Source: a virus
IMG/VR virus record: IMGVR_UViG_3300042292_000345
Coordinates: 1 to 64,000 of that record
Strand: one strand, 5' to 3'
DNA: 64,000 bases
Shown here: positions 28,044-38,500 of the stretch, piece by piece
Position numbering within the stretch: the first letter of the stretch is position 1
How the letters are laid out: each line of letters opens with the position of its first letter
Notes under the pieces: generated by a model
The model's database searches: none
The model's input: the letters and a program-made list of their open reading frames with translations, nothing else
Told to the model about the DNA's origin: nothing
Translations under genes and position numbers: made by a program

Positions 28044-31000
28044 TGACAGATCCCTTTTCAATTATTATGTTTGTTGTGGCTATTGGTTTAACAGTTTATC
28101 GTATGGTATCTGCACCTAAGCCTAAAGCCCCTCAAGGACCAGGTAGAACACAAGTCTCAGGTGTAGATGTTATAGCTGATGGTCAACCAGAGTATCTACC
28201 TGTGGTGTACGGTAGATCACGGGTAGCAGGGGTCAGAGCTTATACCACTATCTCACCATCATTTGTGTATATAGACATACCTGATAATTTTCAAAGATTT
28301 AATCCAACGGCTAACCCTTCACTTACAGCTATTCTTGATAAGAGTGGTGCAGCAACTAAAAATTCTGTATTAACAACACAGATTGCAATTGCCCATGGAC
28401 CTATTAATAGAGTAGTAGAAGTATTAATAGAGGATACTACTTCCGATAATCCTAGTTTTGCTTATAGAAGCAATAATACAACTCACAAAGATGCTGAAGT
28501 TGCTAATAGACTTCCTGAAGCATCTTGGCAGATTGATATATGCACTAATGGTGTAGCGCCTAATACTGCAACAAATGTCAAAGGGTTTACACATCCAAGA
28601 GGTTCTTCTACAGCATACTTTGCAGACATTGCCTATGCTACTTGTACTTTTAAAATTGATGAATTTGAATTACAATGGAACGGCATCCCTGATACAGCAT
28701 TTCTAGTAGAGGGAATGAAAGTTCAGAAATGGATGCTATCAGGTACTACGCCAGTAGTTGATGGACCAAAAGTATATTCTGCTAATCCTTCTTGGTGCCT
28801 CCTAGATTATCTAACTAATACTATCTATGGTAAAGGTATAGATGTTGGAACTGAAGTAAATATTGAAAGTTTTATAAAAGCAGCAATAGTATGTGATCAG
28901 AGATTTAAAGAGTCTAACGCAGCAAATGCTTTAGATAAAGGCTATAAGATTGGCGGTGCTATTAACAAAGCCATTCCTACAGAGCAGTATAGAGCTATTT
29001 TTGAATGTAATATTACATTAGATACTGGTAAGCCAATGCGAGATAATATCGAAACATTACTTACTACAATGAATGGCGCAGTACTTACATGGTCTAACGG
29101 GAGATATAACTTACTAGTAATTCACCCTACTAGTATGACTGCATTAAATGCTTTAAGATACCTAGATGGTGTAGCACCACTGGCAGGTCAAGAAGATATA
29201 ACATTACTGACAGATAATGACCTAGTACTAGACCAACAGATTGACGTAGCTTGGCCAGATGCTTCTACTAAACTAAACCAAGTTACTATACACTTTAAGA
29301 ACGAAGCTAGAAACTTTAAAGATGATGCTATTACTTGGCCAGTACTCTATCAAGACGCTGAAATACCTGTAGCAGCTACTTCAGAGGTAATCACAGATCC
29401 TGTAGGTCGTTTTGTATGGACTGCTAATGCTAATGGCCATGACTACAGTAAATATGCTTTTGTAGGGATGTTTGCTAAATTTGGCGTTGCTAATAAAGGC
29501 GATAATGCAGGTGCTACAGATACTTTTAGAATTCACTGTGTAGGTGTTATAGGGAGCTATTCTATTGAAGCCGTCTGTACTGCTAGAATATCTTCTGTAA
29601 GAATTATTAGAGAGTATCCAACTTCGGGCTTGATTGAACAAGAGTTATTAAATTTAAGTACATGCGCTACACCTAGGTTTTATAATGATGAGACCAAAGT
29701 AGATGATCCATTAGGTGACAAATTTTATTATAATACTCTCTTAGGATCTACAACAAGACCTATTGGTTATAATGATACAATTATAGGTTCTGGTCCTACA
29801 CGCCTTACATCAGGGGGACAAGAAGCTAAATTAAATATTTTAACTAATGAGGACATGTATTTAAGAATTGAAGTCACTTATTCTAGAACTGTTGGTATGT
29901 ATTTTAATCAAAAAGATAGTACTGATAAGAAAAAGAAAAGACAATTCGAAGATTACAGCCCTAACGCTGGGGTTTCTTATGGCCTTTGTTTTATTGATTA
30001 TTCAGCAGGGCACAATATTCTCTGGCAGACAGGTCAGCAATACTACACTGAATTTAAGATAGCTTCACCAAATGAAAAAGCTACTCTAGATGCTGCTAAG
30101 GCATTACATGATTCTTTAAAAGCTGAAGATGGAAATGTTATATTAGAGCGAGACTATACTATTCCAGGTATTAGCACTATCTATCACGCGTGGTTTAGAG
30201 CTGAAGAGTTAGTAAGAGCTAGTAGATTTAGCTTTAAGGTAACATTTAAGTATCTAGTAAAGAATCTCTATTTAGAACCAGGAGATGTATTTGCCATTCA
30301 ATCAGTGGCAATGGGATGGGATACTCCTATAACTTTACGAGTCACTTCTAGTAGTCTTAATGAAGAGAACGTATGTTCAGTACAGGCAGATTATATCAGT
30401 ACTGACTTGTATATTAAAGGAGTCAACTTACCTAATTTTTCATCTGATATAATACCACCCATTTATATTGGTACTTCTTATGACATGAGATCATTTGAAT
30501 TTATCTCGGAGGCAAATGAGACTGTTGGTAGTCCAGGCACTTTAATATATGCGGCCCAGTTTCCTAATCTAGTAAAAGGCTTTGAAATCTCTGCTTGTTA
30601 TAATTCAACTAAAGCAAGTAATGGTGCTTTAAGCTTTTCAGTAATTGTCCCTGAGACGTATGCCAGAGAGGTTGAATTACCAGCTACAACTGCCACTACT
30701 GCGATATATAGCATTAGAGCAATCTCGTATAATGACATCAAGGGTACTCCAGCGTATAGTATACTTACAGGTGCTCATACACTTTCTAGATTTGGTAATA
30801 TGCTTATTTTAAGCTGTGATCAAGACGCACTTATCTACTCTAATGATAAACCAGTAGTTTCAACAATAACTCTTAAAGCAATTCTAGATGTTGTAGATTT
30901 ACATGGAAAGGTATATACTTGGAAAGTAGGTGGAGTAGTTATACCTACACTAGTTGGCAATGAAGTTACCTATACACTACCTACAACCAAGCCTTTAAAA

Positions 31001-34000
31001 GCTTTAGAAATCTCTGTATCAGTAACAGATACAGATATCCCAGACTTGGCATTTTCTTTTACAGATACTATCAAACTTCCAATTCTAACAGGTGCAGATT
31101 CACCGCCTTTATTAGAATTTGCAGATAGCCTTCTAGTACTTGAAAGAGACAATATGCAATTGCCTAAAACAGTTGCATTGAACTATTACCTAAAAGGAGT
31201 GATAGCTCCACTGCCTGAATATACGATTGCAGCAGTAGGCTGTACTGCTGAGATAGTGGCGACTGGAATTAAAATTACTGAAGTAACTTCAGGCGCGGCT
31301 AGTACATATGTGATTGCAACAGCGGGAAGCCTTTCTACAACTGTTAAAGTTGTTTCGGTAACTAACACTACTTTTAATATTTCAGTAAACTTAATTAGTG
31401 AAGATAAATTAGTAGCTAAGTATAAATCTGACAATACATTAGACCCTCCTTCGTACACTATTGCATTTACTGCACAACTTAATGTACAAGATATTTCAGC
31501 GTATACTTTTGAATTCTATGTAAATGACACATTGAACCCTAACTCAGTTGACAATACTTTCATCTACTACCCTACTGAGCAATATGCAAATATGCCTGAG
31601 ACTATTAAGGTATTAGTAAAAAGAGTAGTAGGTACTACTGAAACTCTGGTAGCAGCTGATTATGTAACTATCTTAGGGCTGCTAGACACTAGTGGAGCTG
31701 AGCCTAAAATGCAGTTAGCAAACGCATTTAAAGTACTGTCAGTAAACTTAGATAGCACTACTAGTATGGCGGATTCTGGTACTTATGGTGATGTGTATAT
31801 TGGCACTACAGCGTTAACCTACTCAACAACAGATGTCAACGCAGTAAACGCACCGTTGGGTATTTATAATGTAACTGCTACACAGGTAGGTCTTTCAGGT
31901 GAACCTGAAATAGCTGTATCTATGAATAGTACAAGTGATGTTGGCTTTCATACAAATGACTACGCTGAAATGCTACCTACAACAAACCAAGCCACTATTA
32001 CTTTTAATGCTAAAGTCAAAGATTTGAAAGGAGCAATTTTAGAACTATTACCTTTAGAGCAGAAATTAATTAGACAGACTTCTTTTGCTGTAACTAAACA
32101 GGTACTAGATGCTGCTTCATTGCATGTGTTAAGTACGAGTGCGGATATTTCGGTTATTCCAGTACCTACTGATATTGCTATTACTTATGTAGCAGACGCA
32201 GATGATGATGGGACTACTTCAGGCACTATATCATGGACTTACCCAACAGCCTATACGAGTATAGACGGCTTTGTTGTGTGTTATACAAGTACTAAATTAA
32301 ATGCTCAACTTGATTTGAATCATCTAGATGTTGCGTCTTCAGCGGTATCTGTCAAAGTTAGTAAAGATATTAGAAGTTGTCAAATAAATGGGCTAGGTAC
32401 TACTAAGTATATTTGTGCATTTATTTTTGCTTATCGAAAAGCAGACATAGCATCTTACAATACATTTGATGATGATACCTCGCATCGATATAAGACTTCT
32501 GACAATGATTTATGGATAGTCTCTCTTGTAGCTAGAAGTCATCTAACTGACGCTCTAAGCAGGTATACTAGTCGTCTAGTAGTTAATACCGATATCAAAG
32601 ATGAAAATGGTAATACATTAAGTGTAGCAGAGGTATATGCTAATCTTGAAGATTTCAATTCAAAAAATAATACATCTACTGCGCCACTCCCTGCTGTTAC
32701 ATTCAGAACTCCTGGTATTGTTTACGACAATTCTAAAGTAAACTCAGGTAATATTGACTTTGCAGTGCTATGCAAGATGCCTAAAACATCTGATCTTGTT
32801 ATGATAGACGGCATTGCAGTATTGTGCGAAGAGTACTTGACATCTAACTCGATTAACTTGTCTGGCGTAATACCAACTGAACAAGTTATTGCAACAAACT
32901 TAAGTACTGTATTTGTTCCAATAAGTTCCCCAAAGGTAGACTCAAATCCTCTCAACCCCACTCTAGGTGATTGGTGGTTTAATATACCATTTGATGAAAT
33001 GAAAGTAAATGTATTTAGAAATGTGTTTATATTTACTTACAGAGAAGTTGATATTACCACTTATAATTCTACAGCTTATACTAAGAGAAAATTTCAGAAA
33101 GGAAATAGAAATTTCTTTTGTTCTGATGCTTATCAATTAGTTCCTAAAGACGGTGACTATTCCATCTACAATGGCACATTAGCGACATCAGCTGAACTTA
33201 AACTGCCAGACGGTACAATAATCAAGACAGCAGACTTATATGCTAATTTGGTAAATACGTCACCTTTGAATGACGCATCTGTTGCTGCTATTTCAACTCC
33301 GATTATCAGTACTAGCAATGGCATAGTCTACTCTAACACATATACTAATTCAGGTAATATTGATTATATATTTAATTTTGGTACATTAAATATAATACCT
33401 AATGGTACTCCTGGGAACGATAAAGACTCTATAGATGGTTTTGCAATTTTAGAAGTCATAACAGCTGATAAAACAGATTTGATTATTGATATAACTCCTG
33501 AAAAAATAATGACAAATCCTAGTAATTTTGTAGTGTCAGCAAGTGTTGGGCAAGCTGCTACCGCTCAAAATCAAATGGGTCAAACAGTCTACGCTGCAGA
33601 AGTAAAAGAAGCCAAAGCTAAAGCTGCGAGAAGCTTATTTATAGTGGCTTATAGAGAGGTTAGTACTGCAACATTTGCAAAAGCAACTACTAACATTAAA
33701 GTAAGAGTAGGAAAGAGAATGTTTTTCTGTTCTGAAGTGGCTAGAAGCCATGCAAATGGTGAGTTAAGCTTATGTACCCTTCCATTGACAACAACAGCAG
33801 AGTTACAGACTATTGATGGTGTTGTATTGCAGACTACTAAGTTGTATGAAAATTATCTTGATTTTAATAGTGGAAATAATAATTCTTTTGCCACAATAGA
33901 TAATAACATAACTAATATACAGCTAAGCTATCTTAAAGACACTGATCCAACTACTGCATTAGTTACTAGTGTACATCCTTCAGGTAATGTAGATATCACT

Positions 34001-35545
34001 CTACAGTTTGAATTTGGAGGAAATGTCACAGGCGTCGATTCTATTGATGGCTTTTGTGTACTATTAGAGGGCATGAAAACAAATGGAACTATTCCAACTC
34101 CTACATTTGACAAGATGTTTAAGAATGCTAATAGTAAATTTATAGATGTTTCAGACCCTGTTTTAGCTGGAAAGTATGCAGTAATCTTTGAAGATGTATC
34201 TCCTGTGTTATTTAGAACTGCTTTTGTGTTTCCTTTCAGAAGAGTATCTAAACCTGCTTATGATAAATATGATACTCCATTAGTACGAGTGCTACCAGAT
34301 ACTGTAGCAAACAAACCACAGTATAAGAAGTTTGTAATAAAAGGCAAAGAGTATATTTGTGTCCCTAATATAGCGCCTGCAAGAAGTCATGCAAATACTG
34401 TATTATATCAAGCAATGACTGAACAGATTATGCAAGCTTTTGTTGCTACTGAATATGGTAACCTATCAATAGCTAATGGTATTGGTGATTTTAATCTATC
34501 ATCTGCTGACGGCTTAATGGGGAGTGTTAGTGTCTTGCCTGCAGTCGATACTACTAAAGTAACAGTAGTAATGGCAGGTAATAAAAGTGGCACAATTGAT
34601 ATTACAATTAATTGGGAATACCCTGCCGAGGATAGAGCAGGGCTAGATGGTTTCATTATTGATATTATCACCAATGATAAGAGCAGTACAATGACTAAAG
34701 CGACTATAACAAAGCTGAAAGGTTATGTCACTGTTGATGAGGCAGGTACAGACTCTGCAAACCCCGATAAGTCTTCTTATACATTTCTAAATCAGCCTAT
34801 TAAATCTTTTTATAATTTTACAATTATTCCTTACCATGTAATTTCAGAAGTTACTTTTAAGAAAGCTAAAAATGTTATCTTAGGCAAAGGAAGAGTTGCA
34901 AGAGTAGGTAAGGTACCTATATTATATGAAGCTACTTATGGCTTGGTATTGGCCGCAGGTATGAAATACAGTAAAAGGGATACACAAGGTGGTACCCAGC
35001 CTGTATTAGCCACCGCTGGTGATTACTGGTTAAATACATTTGCAGGTTTTACCGCAGGTATTCCTACATTACAAACTGCTAGATTTGATGGAACTTCTTG
35101 GGAGGCTTTAACTACTGCTGAGTATGCTGAAAAAGCCATAACGCAGACTGTTGAGTTAGCACAAGAACCTACTTGGCATACTGGTTTTTATTTTAAAAAT
35201 ATTAGTAGTAATACAATAGCGGGGATTGTGACTCAAGATACAGCTAAATGGGATGACAAATTAGATAAATGGATTAGTTTACAGACCAAACCGATGCTCT
35301 TTAATTACCCTATAGCTGATTTAAATTCGTATCCACCTAATACTAATTCTTACTTTTTAGCAAGTGTTGCTCCTTTTGTGCTATATAAAGGATTTAATGG
35401 AAAGTGGAATCTAATTAATACACTAGTAGCAGCTCAGATAGGTACTGCAAAACCTGCTAAAAACTCAACTCAACTTGCTTTCTTTGATAAGAAAGCTATC
35501 ATATACTATTATAGACCTAGCACGTCTAAGATATGGATTAACTAA
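28043..35545 (+). CDS. Central tail tip / host-specificity protein (~2500 aa) with Ig/FN3-like repeats
   Basis: TAATG-coupled start. LPVVYG, NPSWCLLDYLTNTIYGKG and LEPGDV motifs are typical of gpJ/Tal-like tip proteins. Five ~200-aa internal repeats. Confidence 0.82.
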   Translation: MTDPFSIIMFVVAIGLTVYRMVSAPKPKAPQGPGRTQVSGVDVIADGQPEYLPVVYGRSRVAGVRAYTTISPSFVYIDIPDNFQRFNPTANPSLTAILDKSGAATKNSVLTTQIAIAHGPINRVVEVLIEDTTSDNPSFAYRSNNTTHKDAEVANRLPEASWQIDICTNGVAPNTATNVKGFTHPRGSSTAYFADIAYATCTFKIDEFELQWNGIPDTAFLVEGMKVQKWMLSGTTPVVDGPKVYSANPSWCLLDYLTNTIYGKGIDVGTEVNIESFIKAAIVCDQRFKESNAANALDKGYKIGGAINKAIPTEQYRAIFECNITLDTGKPMRDNIETLLTTMNGAVLTWSNGRYNLLVIHPTSMTALNALRYLDGVAPLAGQEDITLLTDNDLVLDQQIDVAWPDASTKLNQVTIHFKNEARNFKDDAITWPVLYQDAEIPVAATSEVITDPVGRFVWTANANGHDYSKYAFVGMFAKFGVANKGDNAGATDTFRIHCVGVIGSYSIEAVCTARISSVRIIREYPTSGLIEQELLNLSTCATPRFYNDETKVDDPLGDKFYYNTLLGSTTRPIGYNDTIIGSGPTRLTSGGQEAKLNILTNEDMYLRIEVTYSRTVGMYFNQKDSTDKKKKRQFEDYSPNAGVSYGLCFIDYSAGHNILWQTGQQYYTEFKIASPNEKATLDAAKALHDSLKAEDGNVILERDYTIPGISTIYHAWFRAEELVRASRFSFKVTFKYLVKNLYLEPGDVFAIQSVAMGWDTPITLRVTSSSLNEENVCSVQADYISTDLYIKGVNLPNFSSDIIPPIYIGTSYDMRSFEFISEANETVGSPGTLIYAAQFPNLVKGFEISACYNSTKASNGALSFSVIVPETYAREVELPATTATTAIYSIRAISYNDIKGTPAYSILTGAHTLSRFGNMLILSCDQDALIYSNDKPVVSTITLKAILDVVDLHGKVYTWKVGGVVIPTLVGNEVTYTLPTTKPLKALEISVSVTDTDIPDLAFSFTDTIKLPILTGADSPPLLEFADSLLVLERDNMQLPKTVALNYYLKGVIAPLPEYTIAAVGCTAEIVATGIKITEVTSGAASTYVIATAGSLSTTVKVVSVTNTTFNISVNLISEDKLVAKYKSDNTLDPPSYTIAFTAQLNVQDISAYTFEFYVNDTLNPNSVDNTFIYYPTEQYANMPETIKVLVKRVVGTTETLVAADYVTILGLLDTSGAEPKMQLANAFKVLSVNLDSTTSMADSGTYGDVYIGTTALTYSTTDVNAVNAPLGIYNVTATQVGLSGEPEIAVSMNSTSDVGFHTNDYAEMLPTTNQATITFNAKVKDLKGAILELLPLEQKLIRQTSFAVTKQVLDAASLHVLSTSADISVIPVPTDIAITYVADADDDGTTSGTISWTYPTAYTSIDGFVVCYTSTKLNAQLDLNHLDVASSAVSVKVSKDIRSCQINGLGTTKYICAFIFAYRKADIASYNTFDDDTSHRYKTSDNDLWIVSLVARSHLTDALSRYTSRLVVNTDIKDENGNTLSVAEVYANLEDFNSKNNTSTAPLPAVTFRTPGIVYDNSKVNSGNIDFAVLCKMPKTSDLVMIDGIAVLCEEYLTSNSINLSGVIPTEQVIATNLSTVFVPISSPKVDSNPLNPTLGDWWFNIPFDEMKVNVFRNVFIFTYREVDITTYNSTAYTKRKFQKGNRNFFCSDAYQLVPKDGDYSIYNGTLATSAELKLPDGTIIKTADLYANLVNTSPLNDASVAAISTPIISTSNGIVYSNTYTNSGNIDYIFNFGTLNIIPNGTPGNDKDSIDGFAILEVITADKTDLIIDITPEKIMTNPSNFVVSASVGQAATAQNQMGQTVYAAEVKEAKAKAARSLFIVAYREVSTATFAKATTNIKVRVGKRMFFCSEVARSHANGELSLCTLPLTTTAELQTIDGVVLQTTKLYENYLDFNSGNNNSFATIDNNITNIQLSYLKDTDPTTALVTSVHPSGNVDITLQFEFGGNVTGVDSIDGFCVLLEGMKTNGTIPTPTFDKMFKNANSKFIDVSDPVLAGKYAVIFEDVSPVLFRTAFVFPFRRVSKPAYDKYDTPLVRVLPDTVANKPQYKKFVIKGKEYICVPNIAPARSHANTVLYQAMTEQIMQAFVATEYGNLSIANGIGDFNLSSADGLMGSVSVLPAVDTTKVTVVMAGNKSGTIDITINWEYPAEDRAGLDGFIIDIITNDKSSTMTKATITKLKGYVTVDEAGTDSANPDKSSYTFLNQPIKSFYNFTIIPYHVISEVTFKKAKNVILGKGRVARVGKVPILYEATYGLVLAAGMKYSKRDTQGGTQPVLATAGDYWLNTFAGFTAGIPTLQTARFDGTSWEALTTAEYAEKAITQTVELAQEPTWHTGFYFKNISSNTIAGIVTQDTAKWDDKLDKWISLQTKPMLFNYPIADLNSYPPNTNSYFLASVAPFVLYKGFNGKWNLINTLVAAQIGTAKPAKNSTQLAFFDKKAIIYYYRPSTSKIWIN

Positions 35546-35556
35546 TAGGAGGAATA

Positions 35557-38500
35557 ATGTCATTTGGCGATTATAAAAATCCTGGCGTAACTGCCGTAAA
35601 CACAGATGACACCCCTTTTACAGACTCTTCTACAAGCGAGGTAGTACCAGCAGGTGCTACCGCCGTTTGGGATGGGGATAATTGGGATGTTATTATTTCA
35701 CCCGCTATAGAAAGTAATGTCGCGCCTGCTAATCCAATTGATAATCAAATATGGGTAGACTCTTCATTATCTCCAAAGCAAACAAAGATATGGCGAGACC
35801 ATATAGAAAATGGTACTTGGCTCGTTATTGGCATTCCAGAAGCTTCAAGGATAGCACCAAAAGGTTTATTCAACCTCGGTGATCCTTACATTGTAGGTGA
35901 TGTTGTAACTTTTAATGATGTTACATACTATTGCACAGCAAACACTAGTGTCGAGCCCGCTGCTTTATCAGCAGCATGGTCAGTATTAGTGCCTGCCAGT
36001 GATAGTTCACCAGATATTCAAGTAAATTTCACTAATGATAATTTTGTAATTTCAGCTAACTACGCAGCAGGGTACACTGCAAGTGATAGCTATGATACCA
36101 CTATTACAGTAACTAGAAATGGTGTGCAAGTATTACCTAGTGCTACAGCTGTAGCTAGTACTTTTGTTTGCACTATTGAAACTTCAGATCAGAATGAAAT
36201 AACCCCTGGAACTTTAACAAAGGGCGAAACCTCTTATACTCTGTCAGCGCCTACTGCTATATCTTTAACTGAGACATCTTACCTAGTGGTCAAGACAGTA
36301 GTAAGAGATAAGACAGGTACTGGAGTTGCTAAAACTGTGTATACCAGAGTTAACTATACTCTAGTAAGAACTGTAGAGGTCTCTGCCGCTGGAGGGACCC
36401 CTACTTTTTCAATAGGGACTGTTGAAGCTGCTACAACCGTACCAGAAGTTACTATGTCAGGTACTGCATTAAATCCTGTATTAAACTTCAAATTAATTAA
36501 AGGTGAGGCTAGCACTGTACCAGGACCTCCACCTTTAGTAACCGTAGGAACTGTTACAAGTGGATTAACTCCTAATGTTGTTGCGTCAGAAACAGAACCA
36601 GGTAAGGTAAAATTTGATTTTATACTTGCTAAAGGTGCTGATAGTACTGTACCAGGGCCTGCTTACCCTATTCATGTTATTGTTGCAGACTCACCTACCG
36701 TTAGAGGAAACTCCAAAGGTATCCTTAATGTTAGCTCTGTTGTATTTGATTTAACAGAATTGACTGGTTACTATGCTGGCGCAGAAAAAGGAACTGCTGA
36801 CGTAACTTGGACAATTTCTTTACAAACAGCTACTGAGCTTATTCTTGTTGACACTACAGCTAATAAAACATGGAAAGCCAGTGTAGCTATAAGTAACATT
36901 GTAAAAAGTATTATAGTAAAAGCAGCATTCAAAGTAGGGACTAAAGACACAGTATGTAATTATGTAGTGCCAGTTATAATGGATGGTAGAGACGGTAATG
37001 ACGGCATCCCTGTGACTTATGATATAATCGGAGGACCGGCTAGTCTTGAGTTTGATGATGTTACTAATAAAAATATACTGAAAAAGCTGATATTAGATGT
37101 TACTAAGACATATAATGGCATAACCACTTCGACAGGTCTGACTGGCTACTTTACAGCTTTTGCATTATCTTCAAGTGGTGCATATGATGCTACAGTAGCT
37201 GGTAGCCCTTTTACAGGTACGACAGCTACTATTGATGTCAGTGAAATTTACAATAGCATATTAGTTTCTTATTGGCTGACAACATCAGGTGAGAGTGTCA
37301 AAGTTGCATCTCGTACTTTTGCAAGAGTGCCTACAGGTCGTAAAGGCGATAAAGGCGAAAAAGGAGATAATGCTACATTTGAAGTAGACTCAACAATAAC
37401 ACTTGCAGCAGGCTCAATAGCAACGGTAGAGAATACAGGAACTTCGGCAGTAGCTAAACTCAAATTCAGCATTCCAAAAGGTGATAAGGGAATGCAAGGC
37501 GACGCGGCTACCGTAACTGTAAATAGTGTAACCGATGGTGATATTGCAGCAGTTACAAACTCTGGTACAGCTTATGCTGCTGAGTTAGATTTTGTATTAC
37601 CAAGAGGAGAAAATGGCACTAGAACAGGTGTAATGACGTTATTTAAATGGTCATTAGATAAACCTAGTAGCAAACCCTCAGGTAGCTCTACATATACATG
37701 GGCAGATGGGACATTCAGCGCTCCTGCCACTTTAAATAATTGGTCAGAAACGATTGGGCCTTCAGCTGGTGGGTTTACATTGTGGGCCTGCAGGCTTCAA
37801 GTTATTAATAAGACTGACAGTGCTACTACCGGGGTTGATTGGGGAAATAGTACAATACTTGCAGCTGGTTCATCGGGCCCTAATTCTTATGTTTGGGTAA
37901 GATACGCAGATGATGCTAGTGGTCTTAATATGACTGCTACACCTGGCAATAAGATGTTTATTGGGTTGGCTTTTAATAAGACAACAGCAACTTCAACTAA
38001 TGCTGTTGCAGACTATAGCTGGACACAGATAAGAGGTATAGATGGTATTTCTACTACGCTATACACTATTATCCCAGTTGAGGGCGCAATAACAATAACT
38101 GCAGCAGGTGTTATTACTCCAAATGTTATAACTTTCAATGCGTACAAGAGAATGGGTAATGGCGCATTAGTACCTGAAGACGATTATAGTAATTGGACGC
38201 TCTCTATAGATGCTGGCGGAGAGACAGATAATAATCTTACAGTAACTACTAGCGGTGGTGTCGGGGCAGTAGCAGGCGCTGTATGTAAAGCAAACCTGGT
38301 AGGTGCAACTATAACTTCAAGAGTTAAAGCTAGGATTTATAAAGAGCCTGCAAAGACCACACTGTTAGCTGAGTATACTATGCCTGTTGTATTTCAGGGT
38401 CCGAAAGGTGATACAGGCTCCTCAGCAGCAATTGAGTCTATAACAGCCGTAACAGGAGATCCTGGAAGTGCTGCAAGTGTTTCTTATGGAGGCACAGCAA

